From assembly GCF_009914755.1 (NCBI RefSeq), contig NC_060933.1: a DNA stretch of 64,000 nucleotides. The stretch is one strand, 5' to 3'. The notes under the pieces are model-generated. The model worked only from the letters and a program-made list of their open reading frames with translations, was not told where the DNA came from and did not search any database. Every line of letters begins with the position of its first letter. Positions within the stretch are counted from its first letter, which is position 1. The position numbers and the translations under genes are program-made. The DNA comes from the human T2T-CHM13v2.0 reference genome, Homo sapiens. This document shows, one piece after another, positions 51,701-64,000 of the stretch.

Positions 51701-54700
51701 TTTCATCATCGGGCTGTCCCTGAATTGTAATGTGCCCAGTGCTTATTTCTTTCTAACAAAATCACTTAAAAAATGTTGAAACTGGAGATTTAGGGCTCAA
51801 CGGACCTAAAGGAATTCACATTGCTAAGATTTTGGCTACAGTGTCAAGACTAGACCTGTGATAAACAGGACCTGTGATAAAAGGAAAATAGATGAGGGTC
51901 TGGAGATGGGAGGTCATCCTTTGACTCTAGCTCCTTCTAGCTGTGGGTGACATCATTTAGAGCCAATTATGTAGACCCTTACATTTTATAGATGAGGAAA
52001 CCAATGCTCAGATGTACAAAATTTCGTCTAGAATTTCATAGACCACCCAATGTAAAAAAGGTCAGTTTTCTTATTTTGCCATTTTGTCCTTAACTTCTAT
52101 TGCTTAAACCTGGGCTTATAGACCTCAGAGTGGGTTCAGAGGAAAGTTGTTCATTCCACAATAGGCAAAGTGACTTAGTAAAACTGTGGGGATGCTGAGC
52201 TGAAAAGACACAGTGTCTGTCCTCAGAAGGCTTGACATCTAGTGAGAAATCAACACACAGCCCCGGGATTACAATACACAAAGGCAGATGCCCTGTTGAG
52301 GCAGGAATAGAGTTGGGTAGGACAGAAACAAGTGAGGAGGGCAGTGGTTTATGATGCTTGAAGTAGAGTGGAGATGGCCTCCCTGGGCAGACAGAATGAC
52401 ATCCAGACCATGAGGACCTGGAGTGGTGTCTCTGTTACCGAATGCAGGTGTAGAGGGCCGGGGGAGAGGCTGCACAGCAAGTCACAGTGGGATTCTGTAG
52501 CCTTTGTCTGCTCTGCCAAGGAGCTTAGATTATTCTACTGTGGACATCAGGGATTCCTTAAAGCATTTAGAACAGGGAAATGACATGCCTGACTTTCCAT
52601 ATTCTAAAGATGATTCACCCATGCCATGCTTTTCTCTCATTGCTATGACAAAACTTGCAGGTTTGAGGGGAAGGCAAAAAATTTCATCTCACCCTAATCA
52701 GGCGAAAGTCAGAAAATAACTCTGAAAAGCAAAAGAAGAAATAACCTCCTGACTTAATATTTATCTGAATCACCTCCAAAGTATTCAGTTTACAAGAATT
52801 TTCAGGCCTGTCATTGTTTTACTCAAAACTCTTTATTACAATTTAAAGTACTACGTGTAAGACAATTCTTTCCTTAAATTCAACAAAATATTTAGTTCCA
52901 CTGAAGTGGTTGACTTGTGAAATTGTTTCTGCTTTTCTTTAAAGGATGTTGTAATTTATTGGATCTTTTATTGGACTTAAGGGACCAATTTATTTACATA
53001 TACTCATATGATCCTTGGGATCAGATGGTCCTTAGCCTAAAACCCTGCTCTTCTAAGTAGAGTGGGAAATTATCAGGACAATGGCACTTTTGTCTTAGGT
53101 CTCCTGGGAGAATGAAATATGGTAATGCATTTCTAGTGATTTGTACCATGTGGCACATAGCAGGTGAACCAAAAATGTGAGCTCCTGCCTCCACTTGTGG
53201 CAGGCCTACAGGAGAGTGAGTTCTGTTTGATGAGGGCATGGCTGAGCTGGATGGCACAGATTCTGTGAGTCCACTTTACCATCACAGCCTCCTAGGAAAC
53301 ACAACTTGTTCATCAGCCAGCACTGGGAATCCAGGTAAATTAAGCAAGGACTTTGCGACACTTGTCAAGTAAAAAGAAAGCTGTCCGAAGTCAAAATGAG
53401 GTTCTTAAGGGAAAGAAAGGAAGGGAACAGCCAGACAGCATATTATGTAATTAAAGCTGGAGTCAAACATCATTAAATGGGGCAAAATTCTGGTTGAAAA
53501 TGTTTAAAAAGTATTAATTTTTAAAGATATATAGTTATACTTATTTCGGGTAGATATAATAACTTAAGCTATGTTAATAAGGGCCTTCCTAGCAGGGAAA
53601 ATGAAAACGCCTGGCTTAATAAAACAAAATAACAAATTTAGTATTAGAATTTAGAATGTTAATAATTCATATGGAGAGATTGGAGATAGCTTGTTTTCTT
53701 AACTGGTTTTAAAAAACCTCTGAAGTGTTATTTATATTGTTAATTTATTCAGCTAACTTTTCCTCCCTGGACTGTGGGACCATAAGCTTCAGTGCAGCTG
53801 CTGCTCAAATCTTCCTTAATTCCCAAGGGAAGTCTGCACTAATGACGCTATACGATATTCAAGGGTAAAAGACTTGGGCCACATCATTGGTGAACTATTC
53901 ATGGACATAGAAGATAAAATAGATTCTTAATCAGTTGAGACTTGGAAAATATGTTCCAAAAATCTCTTTCTTTTCCTCTTGAAATATGTAGTGTTACAAA
54001 GCACATGTGCTCACATAGCCTAGATACCTAGGCTAAGAATGTTTTCTAAACTAAAAAAAAAAAAAAGATTATAGACAGGAAAAATATTGAATGAAAAGAG
54101 TATCCACAAATAAAAGGAGAATAACATTTCAATATCCAAAGGCTTACTGTGGTCAGCTTGGAGACACAGGATGTGACATTTGAGTAATTAATGGAAAGTC
54201 TTTGTAGGAGCAGTGATGATCACGCTTTCCAGAAAAGCAAAGGGAAGGGCCACATTCCCTGTCCCAATCCGGCTGGCTCCATCCTGAGCATTCAGACCAC
54301 TTTGCTGAGGCCTTTAACTGCATCCCAGTGACACAACTCACACAACAGTCACAGTCACCAATGCAACTCTGGCGCCAGCAAGCTTTAGTTTGTTAGGAAA
54401 GAAGTACTACTTTCCATGTATGTTTAAATAGTACAGACACATAATATTAAAAAAACAGAAGCCCTGAGTATGTAATTTGATGCTAAGCCTTTGCAAAATA
54501 GGCAGAGATCCAAATATTTTTCTCTGCTAAAAGAGTTGAAAATATGTTTCCAGGGGTGACTTGGCTGGAGAGGTTACCACTTGGGATTGGTGAGCTGAAA
54601 AGTCTGATTTGCGGACGATCCATATTTCTGAGACAACCATGAGAGCGCCTAGGGTTGACTGAGATCCAAATAGAAGGTAGTCTCTACAGTTGAACTTTCC

Positions 54701-55589
54701 AGGCTAGCCAAGTGGGAACGTGAGTGTGGTAGTGGTTGGAGGGGAGGTGGGGGAACAGATCTTATTTTTGAAGCTTTAGACTCAGATTATGGAATCAAGT
54801 GAAATGGTGCAAGACCCACTCAAGGTTAGTTAGTTATAAATTCGGACTCTAGAATTCTTTGTGAGGAGTTACTCCCTAGGTTATTAGAGATAATACATTG
54901 CTTGAAGGCTATTATCTTGATGGTAGTCTGGTGATAGGGAGATGCCTATAGCTTGCCAGCTAGGAAAATGGCTATCCCTGGACACCCATGAGGTCCTGGG
55001 CCCTTTAAGTCAGGTCAACTATATCCTACTGGGCTCCAAAGGCAAATCTTTCAACTCAGCAGATGTTTTATGTAATCTTCCAGGTCCTTCCCTGCTGCTC
55101 CCAACATGCGTGTACTTGCTTTCATTTCCTGGCTTCAGATATCTGGGTTCCTATGGTAGCTGCTGTATCTGACTTGGTTCTCCTTCAGGTTTGGCAGTGA
55201 CCCTCCTGGTGGACTAGAGCTGAACACTGCCACCCATTGTAGACCCCAGCCTGTGAAACAATTCCCATAGTCAAGCCTGCTACCACCTCTCTCCCAAATA
55301 AGTTCTGGACTCCTTCTTGTCAGAAATAAATGGCTTCCCTTAAGCCTTATGCAAAAAGAGAGAAACATAACTAATACCTGGTCCTTACTTTCAAGGAACT
55401 TACAGTCAATTGCGTCAGATACGGTACAAGAAAATTGAGCTAATGTTACGGTAAGTCTTATGCTACAAGTGTCAAATGGATAGCAGGTGCTCTGTGGTTA
55501 GGAGGAGGGAGGGGACACTTCTTTTCGGAGAGACCAGAAACAAAGTGTCTACAAGAAGGATTTTTAGGGATCTACAAATAGTTTTTTAA

Positions 55590-56125
55590 AATTAGTTATC
55601 TATTGCTATTGTAACAAATTACTGCAAACTTAGTAGCTTAGCACAAGACAAATTTATTACCTTCCAGTTCTGTAGGTCAGAATCTGACATGGTCTCACCT
55701 GACTAGAATCAAGGCATTGGCAAGACTTCATTCCTTCTGGAGGCTTTGGGGGACAATCTGCTTCCAGGCTTATTTGGATTGTTGGCAGAATTCAGTTCCA
55801 TGTGGTTGTAGGACTGGGGTTCCCGTTTCCTTTTTGGCTGTCAGCCGGGGTCAGCTTTAGCTCTCAAAGACCTCTCTCCACACCTTGCAATGGTCCAACC
55901 CCTACAGTTCAGGATCAGAATCTTCTCATGCTGCACTTCTCTTCTGATTCATCTGTCTACCTTCCATTTCCACTCTCAAGCACCCTGTGATTACCCAGGG
56001 CTCACGCTGTTTATCCAGGATAATCTCCTTATTTGAAGGTCGATTATCAACCTTAATTACATAACATAATCACAAGCATAAAACATCGGGTGAAAGTCAT
56101 GGGGGCCAAAATCCTGCCTAGCACC
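55590..56125 (-). mobile_element. MLT1 LTR
   Basis: 'ttagttatctattgctattgtaacaaattactgcaaacttagtagctta...cagttctgtaggtcag'. Confidence 0.75.
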
Positions 56126-57499
56126 GTGTTTTTGTGATATCATAAGCTGGTGGGAGAATGGAATTCAGAGGAGTGAAGGGCAGAACCTAAATCACATTTT
56201 CATTAAGCACCTAGCAGGTGCTAAGTATGACTCAAGTTTGGAAGGACAAGTTAAGTCAGGACTCATTGCTTCCTCAACACCTCAGCCTCAAGGGGAAGAC
56301 AGGTTTATTTTTAAATAAATTGCAATACAATCAGCTACATGCAACATCAATAACCAACATTCAGAATTTTGTAGTTTTATTTTGATAGAGTACTTTTTTC
56401 TCTTGAATTTCACAAGTTGGCACATATTTATGACCATGAAAAGAAGTTCTGATCAAGGCATTGGCCAAAAACTGCAAAAAATGAGGTGGAATCTAAGGGA
56501 GACCCATTCTCAATTGCCCCATCATTCACACCACAGCACTGACCCTGACCTGCCATGTTGCATTACTTTCAACTTTTTCACCCAACGTGGAATATTCTCT
56601 CCTTTCAATTGTAGCACAAAATAATATTTAAGGCAGAAAACCAGACTGTAATAGCAACATTCCAGTTGATATTTTGAAGCTCATTAGATCCATTCTTAGT
56701 CCCCAGGCAGCATTCTCCACTCTCCAACATTCACTCATTTTCTCCCCTGTTTCCACTTTTACCCAGTTGTATACTCAATAAGAAAATGAGGAATAGAAGA
56801 CATTTAATTTACTTTGAAAAATTAGTCTCCCCATCCCAACCCTAATGGAGTGTTACAGACAGTGAAGCCATTCAATAAAGGTTTAGCAAATTGAAAAACA
56901 AAAATGCAAAGAAAAGAAACAAAACAAAGTCCTTGGTTTTAGGGATTTTAAGTGAGTAGACAGGAAATGGCATTTGCTACCTGAATCTTTTTATCTTTTT
57001 CAGGCAGAGGTGCTGAGCAGCTAATTGGAGGGGATAGTATGAGCCTCCAAAGATTAGGGAAGAAAATTGCAGTTGAAGAAAACTTGCTTTGGTTCAATGC
57101 AAAAATAATGGGATGAATGGCATGCTGAAATATCATATGACTTACGAAAATGATGAATGGTAAGACCATTGTACATCTTCCATAAAAGCAGGCATTTAAA
57201 GCAGACATTGAGAACACTTGGTTCTATGTTCATCCCTTGCTGATCTCTTTGCCCCATGTAACGCTGTTTGTATTCTGGTTTTGGTTACTCTGGAATGGCC
57301 AGTGATTCCCAAACTCAATAAGAGGAGAAATGATGACAAGAAGCAAAGGCCGTCTACAGCCCTCACGTTAGGTAAGCAACCAGGTAGTAAGTCACCAGAA
57401 ATGTGCTGTCATTCATGGGAAGGTTCCCAAAGAGTCAATGGAACATGAGTTCCCTAGGTCAAAAGCCAGTGGCTCACTGGTCTCACTTTAAAGCTTCAA

Positions 57500-57980
57500 C
57501 CCCAGGTTCTCCCATCCACATCTCAACAGGCCTTCCTGAAAATATGTTAGGCTACATGGCAAAGGGCAATAAAGTTGCTAATCAGCTGACTTTAAAATAG
57601 GGAGATCATCCAGGAGGGCCCAACGTAATCAGAAGCAACCTGAAATGTGGAGGAAGAGGCAGAAGAACCAAAGTCCGAAGGAACATGGTGATGGAAGCAA
57701 GATAGGATGGATGTCGTGTGAGGACTCAGCCTGCCACTGCTGGCCTTGAAGATCGAGAAAGGGGAAGGAATGCAGGAGTGTCGAGAAGCTGGAAAAGGCA
57801 AGGAGATGGATTATCCCCCAGAATCTCCAGAAAGGAATGCAACTCTGCCCATCACTTGATTTTAGCCCAGTGAGAGCCATGTCAGAATTCCAGCCAACGG
57901 AACTGTCAAGAAGCAAATTAGTGTTGTTTTAAGCCACCAAGGTTGTGGCAATTTGGGCTAGCAGTCATAGGAAACAAAGA
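57500..57980 (+). mobile_element. MLT1C/D-type LTR
   Basis: 'gaagctggaaaaggcaaggagatggatt...ctccagaaaggaatgca...tgttgttttaagccaccaagg'. Confidence 0.82.
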
Positions 57981-58204
57981 GCAGCATCATTGAATCAATC
58001 CCCAATGTGTGTTAACTGTGGTGAAGGACCCCGGGATGCCCATGGATAAGAAGCCCTTATCTTGAATCATTCTTTGTGCAGGACTGAGTGACAGACTGTC
58101 CAAGAAGTCACAAGAAAAAGGTCACTATAACTCTCAACTTGTCAAGCTTCAAATTCTGTGTGTAGAAACAAATTTCCAAGTTCTAGTCTGTTGTAGAGAT
58201 TAAA

Positions 58205-58498
58205 AGCTAATATCATAAGGGCCAAATTCAGCAGTCAGACTCTTTACTTGCATGGATTTTTTTAATTGAATTGGTAGCCAAGATTTAAAAATGTATCCTA
58301 AACATCAGGATTTTTGACTTTTCTTGGAAAAAAATAGAAAATCTTGCCATATTTGCATTTTCAGGATAGAAGAGTAGTGAATGTCCCTCTAGACAAAGAA
58401 TGCTCTCTCTGGTTGTCACTGTCCCCACTACTGTACCGTCTCGCATCCCCTCCAACTGTCCTATGTGGTCCTCTGGGCACCTGAGTTTGCAATTCCTG
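58205..58498 (+). mobile_element. MER102-like hAT DNA transposon
   Basis: 'ttgaattggtagccaagatttaaaaat...cactgtccccactact...ctgagtttgcaattcctg'. Confidence 0.5.
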
Positions 58499-61084
58499 GT
58501 ACACTGCTTATATACAGTTTCAATACTGGCTTAATTAGGGTAAGGTACTAAAGGCAATCTAGTTAGTTGCAATGTTTCATCCTGCGTGATTGCACAGTGC
58601 CTTCATCAATTTCAGAAAAAAAACCTCAGAGATGAGATTGTTTGGCCCATTGCCCCATTCCTTCCAAATTCTTAAGCTATGCAGCACCAAGAAACACTGG
58701 CGTGGGTGCCTGATAGGGAATTTCCAGGCCTGCTTAATGACTCCAATTCTGATCAGCTAAATCTTTACTCCCTTGCGAATATATCCAAATCTGACTTCAG
58801 CAGATAAGGAGAGAATTTTTCGAAGGATAGAAATCAAGCTGGAATACTTTCAATGTGGTACACAATGTGCTCAAACAAAAAGTCAGATGATCTGATAGCG
58901 TCTTCATATGTGCAGGACTTAGAGAAATCCTTGTGCCCTTTCATTAGATTAACAGCATGTACATTCTGACATCAGCTGCAACATGAGCTGGTATTGCAAA
59001 ATGTGCTTTGGAATCCTGACGCATTAATTGTTATGTTTGGCTTTATTACCAACATATCTTTTTACTCATATCTGAATGCCGATGGTTATGGGCCAACATT
59101 TTTGGAAAAACGATACCTTGCAAGCTCACACTTGAAACGGCTCTGAACAGTAAGAGAAGGTCATAGATATGGGAATAAGAGAGGAAAGTCGGCTCACAAG
59201 AGTCAATGTCCTGAGCGGCTAGGCAGGAAGGCACCTTTTCCGTGACAGCCTGTGCGTCTTCAGAACACAATGCAGTGAATAATCAGCCATAGATGGGCAA
59301 GGGGGAGGCCTGGTCGGGCTTTTGACACAGCCCTCTGTAGGCGTGATGGATGTGGAGAAACTCAACCCTTCCCAGGGGGGTCAGGTGGCACCATCAAAAC
59401 AAAGAGTGCAAACAGTTCAGTCCTGGAAAAGAACTCCCCCCACACTTACCCCCCTTTCTTTTTGCTGTTTGTGCCAAAAAGTTACAGTATCCAGCCATTC
59501 CTGATTAAGTTGGAAATCTATGCAAAGAAAAGAAAAATGAAGCCAATGTGAACATGCACATATTTAAATTGTGCAAAATTTCTACAGAAATAAATAAATA
59601 AATAAATAAACAAACTGGCATTGATTTCCAAGGCTGGGTGAAAAAAAAAATCCACTTTCTGGATTAGAGGGCAAGACATTATCCAAATTGGCAAAAAAAA
59701 AAGTTCTCCCAAAACTTTCCTTTGGAGGCTGTCGATAAAAACAAACCAGAGGAGGATGGTTCTTCCTCTGACCCTGGGGCCAGCCTGAGAAGATGAAGAA
59801 AAGAAACAGAGTATGTGTGTGCCTGCTGTCCCAACCAGAAAACCTTTGAAAAATAATCTTTTTCTGCCCTTTCATTGTTTTCTTGTCTTTTTACATCTCT
59901 GAGCAGTGATTCTGTTGGGTTTGGATTTATTTGAGCTTTTGGTAAAATACACCACTACTCCTACCTCTCCTTCCCCGCTAAATCTAGGCTCCTAGGAATT
60001 TTAGAAATATCTATAAATTTGCTTAATTGCCAGCCAGTTTCTCCATTTCTAGGCAACTGGCTTCCCTTAGCTGTAATGTCAGAATCTGACCTATGGCATC
60101 AGGGTCTCGTTTATCTGATGACTACCAAATGTTAAGGGCGCCGTCAGCCCGCTTTGCATGCCTCTACAACTGGGCATTAGATACCTGGCCTTGGAGCAGG
60201 TATCTGAACAGCTCTTCAGCCCTTATCCAAATGGGTGGAAGAGAGCCAGTTGAGAAGGGAGCTTTTGGGAAGATGTGACAGTAAACAGCACCTGCTGTGT
60301 ACCAAGCAATGGGCTGAGCTTTACTTTGCGCTATGCCCACAGGCATTCAAAGGGCCAATTTTGTCAGTCTTACTTTTACCAATAAAATTCATGGAGAAAT
60401 TTAATATCTTGACAATCTTAAGCCAGTACATGGTAAAGCTGGCATTGCAAACCAAGGCTGCCTGCCTCTGAAGCTTTACTTATCCACAGAGTCCCATTCT
60501 TACTCCCAACAGAAACTTCTAGAAAGATACTTTGATGTTTGCTCTTTTAAACTTCTTATCTCTCATCTAATCCCTCATCACAGAGAATTCCCGCAGAGAG
60601 AATTAGATATGGCAGCAAGAGCTTTGCAGAAGTAATTATTAGCACGCCTCAGCTCAAAATTGATTTCCACTCTTGGACCCAGACTCTATCTCAGAGGCAG
60701 GCTGTCAGGATAGAAAATGAGGGTTCCATATAATTTAGGCCATTTAGATCACTCTGCTGGCCCCCAGCCACCCACAGCCACCACTGTGTTCATATGGCTT
60801 TAAACAAATAACTAGTTTTAAATAAGTAAGAATTTGGATTGTGACAGCTTTATGGGAAAATGTCAGAAGCAGAGTTGTTTCTGAGGGACTAGTTCAGTGG
60901 GCAGCGGACAATGAATCCTGTCTGAAAACACAGCATCAGGCAATTAGAGGAACACAGGGATTCCTGGACGGCCATCTACTCTCTACCTTCCTTCTCCCAG
61001 CAATCCCTTGGCTCAGTTTTGGACTTTCCCTCTCATGGTGTAAGTTTTGATTCCAGACACCCATTTTGTGTGCTTACACAAAAG

Positions 61085-61280
61085 GACAGGGCAATGGCAT
61101 GCAAAGATCATGGGCTGTGAATGAGAATACCTGCTTTTCAATAGTTGTACCATATTAACAAACTGTGTGACCTTGGGCTAGTTACCTAACTTCTCTGGGC
61201 CCTTCTTTGTAAAATCAATTGTTCTAAGTCTGGAAACAGTGTAAATAACATACTACCTGGCTTATAGTAGACAGCTAAGT
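61085..61280 (+). mobile_element. MIR
   Basis: 'ctgtgtgaccttgggctagttacctaacttctctgggcc'. Confidence 0.65.
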
Positions 61281-62417
61281 AAAACTTTTCCTTTTCTCTT
61301 CACTCTTCTACTAACTTGCTTCTTCAGGAATGCCCTAATTCCAAGGGGTTCCCTTCTTTTTTTGCAAGCCTTATATATTTTAAGAACTGCTTAATTTGAT
61401 GATGGCATTGAAGATTGAAATCTTGCATTTTATTCATGAGCTGTGTACTGCTGATGGTATTGTTTAACTTCTCTGAGCCTCTATGTTCTTATCTATAAGT
61501 TCTTGATAATAATTGTGATGCAGTTCATTTCCAACCAAACAGCCATTTAGTACCTTCTTCTCTGCACAAAGGGCCTAGATTTTGGGTCCATGTAGCCAGC
61601 AGAGGTCTCTCAACATGAGGGAAGACCCAGACCCAGTGGACAAATTCTGGTTGATCTAATGTAATGATACTAGCTCCATTCTTCTTTACCAATGAGTGCT
61701 CTAGGGGGAGTATAAATGATAACCACTTTTAGCCAAAGAAATAAAAATGGAAGTTTTAAGGTGGAGCCCCAAGAGAAAAAAGCCTTTTGTCCACTACTTT
61801 CCACTTAGTTGTTGATGGTGGATGCAATGCCTAGAGAACTGGCAGCCATCTTGACCCTATGAGGTGACAGCACAAGGATGAATACAAATATGCTAATGAT
61901 GATGGAAGGGATGGTGGGAAAAAGCCAATATTGTGATATAATATTGTAAAATTAATTATCTTGAAGATGTTGTAATTCAGACATAAAGAAATAGTAAAAA
62001 CCAAATAGTTCTCATTACTAAAGATTGAATGATTTTACTTATGGCTGTCCAAGCAATTCCATTCTCTCCTGTTAGCTGTGAGCCTATTTGACTTACCCTT
62101 TTGGCCTGAGGTGAATTTCAAATCTGTCAGTGTCACTGATTGGATAAACAACTTGCAGGGAAAGGAGGTTGTAACTGAGTCATTTGTTGATTATTTGTGG
62201 ATTATAAGTTGTCTAGAGAGTAGAAAAAAGACTGAAAATGCTAGCCGTGAGCAAAAGTAGTTCATTCGTAAATTCAATCAACATTTATTAAGGTCCTCAA
62301 TTAGGTGGTGGGAAAACAAGGTCAAATAAGTTAGTGCCCTGTCATTACAGGGCTTAGCAACAACTCAGTAGAGAAAGATATGTGACAACTCAGTAAAGAA
62401 AGATAAGTGAACACGTC

Positions 62418-62739
62418 CAATCGTCCCTCAGTATCCATTGGGGATTGGTGTCAGGACCTCCTATGGATACTAAAATCTGTGGATTCTCAAGTCCTTTATA
62501 TTAAATGGCATAGTATTTGCATATAACTTATGCACATCCTCCCTTATACTCTAAGTCATCTAATACAATGTAAATGCTATGTAAATAGTTATTATACTGT
62601 ATTGTTTAAGGGACAATAACAAAAAAAGTCTGTACATGCTTAACACAGGTGAAATTTTTTTCCAAATATTTTTTATTCGAGGTTTATTGAATCTACATAT
62701 GTGGAACCCATGAATGGGAGTCGGAGAAGGGGGCAACTG
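62418..62739. mobile_element. MER2 (TcMar-Tigger) DNA transposon
   Basis: caatcgtccctcagtatcc...gggcaactg followed by TA. Confidence 0.85.
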
Positions 62740-64000
62740 TATACGCAAAAAGCTATCATAATTGCCAAAATAGTGATAACAATGTTGAAACACTACTGGG
62801 ATTACTACTGTTAATGACTACCAGTGATCAAGCACCTCCCCTGCCCCAGGTACTGTCCCAAGTACTTTGTAAATACTGCCTTTTATGATATTTATAACAA
62901 TTCTTTGTGGTCAGTCCAACTGTCATGCCTGTGTTAGAGGTGAGCCTCTGAGACCCAAATGCACACAGCTAGTTAATGGAGTAGCTAGAATTCACATCTA
63001 GGTCTTTCTAATTGCAAAGCTCATAATCCTGACAACCAAGCCATGGTAGAGATTCCAACAGAGTAAGGTGGAGCTTGAAAAGGAGGAAGGAATTAATTTT
63101 GCTGGGGGTACTACAGCAGGGAGTGGAAGTTAGGAGCGGGGGAAGTAGGAGGAAGAGTAAGGAAGGTCTTTAAAAGGAGGTGACCCTCCATGGAAGCTCA
63201 ACTTCCTGGAGAAAAACTTCTCAGAAGAAAATGTATGATGTGCAGTTCTTTAGCATATTATCTAATATGAAGGAGTAGGGGGGATAGAGGCAGAATGGTA
63301 TCTGAACTGGCCCAGTGGCCCCCCTCCCCGCCCCTGCCAAGAAAACTGCAAGTTCCAATGCAATTGGGACATCAGGGACCTGGGAGAATTATTAGAGCTG
63401 TTTATTTTGCCAAAGTACATACTTGAAATCTCATGCATCAAAAGTTTTCTCTGAATACAAAATACTGTGATTGTCTACATTAGACCAAGGAAACATTATA
63501 TTCAAAGAGAAGGAGAGAAGTTTGAACATACTTATTTAGCATATGAAAGTGGGTGTTCGTGCCAAAAATAATTCTGTGTGGTAGAAACCTACTTAGGCAG
63601 TGTCTAAACTAACACAGCAGAACATGTGATGTGAAGATTTGGTGGCTGTAATTCATGCCAACCAGATCCCCCACAACCAGATTTGGTCTGTGAGACCCTC
63701 CTCATCCAGCCTCTGCCTTGTTCTGTGGCCTTAGGCTCAGTGGTCTAACTTTTAGCACTCCACTTGCGCTATCGGGTTTTGCCATACAGTTCTAACAACT
63801 AAGTATTTTAACCAAGCTAAGGCCTGGACAACACTGAAATATAAGAGGTAAAATAAGATTTTGCTGTCTTTTGAATTATTCAAATATTAAATATTAATAT
63901 TATCAATCTGTAATTACTTGAATAATATTACTTTGTGAAGATTCTGTTTCTAGTAGATAAGGCCTTGAATACTTCTTTGAACTTTTTGAAAGTGTATACC

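Overview
Primate (apparently human) genomic DNA containing the GAS1 locus. The only supportable protein-coding gene is the intronless GAS1 CDS on the minus strand (22012-20975, 345 aa; GPI-anchored, GFRalpha-like Hedgehog co-receptor). It lies in a CpG island, with a TATA-like box near 22765, a ~720-nt GC-rich 5' leader and a ~1.4-kb AU-rich 3' UTR ending near 19600. A second CpG-rich segment (~23.7-24.3 kb) with plus-strand splice signals fits the start of the divergent lncRNA known at this locus (GAS1RR; identified from recollection of the locus). The rest is gene-desert sequence: Alu, L1, L2, MIR, LTR (THE1, MST, MLT1, MER50, MER57, LTR33) and DNA-transposon relics, with repeat-poor stretches that look like developmental enhancers. 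Repeat subfamily names and most boundaries are by-eye estimates. I see no wholly new gene system. The best lead is the GAS1 leader: six upstream AUGs, an in-frame 49-aa N-terminal extension, and a chain of overlapping stop/start codons (MDL* -> 64-aa overlapping uORF -> Met25). Other leads are two nested inverted repeats with a template-switch signature, a DR8-type nuclear-receptor element, overlapping miR-34/miR-148 sites and several odd Alu rearrangements.
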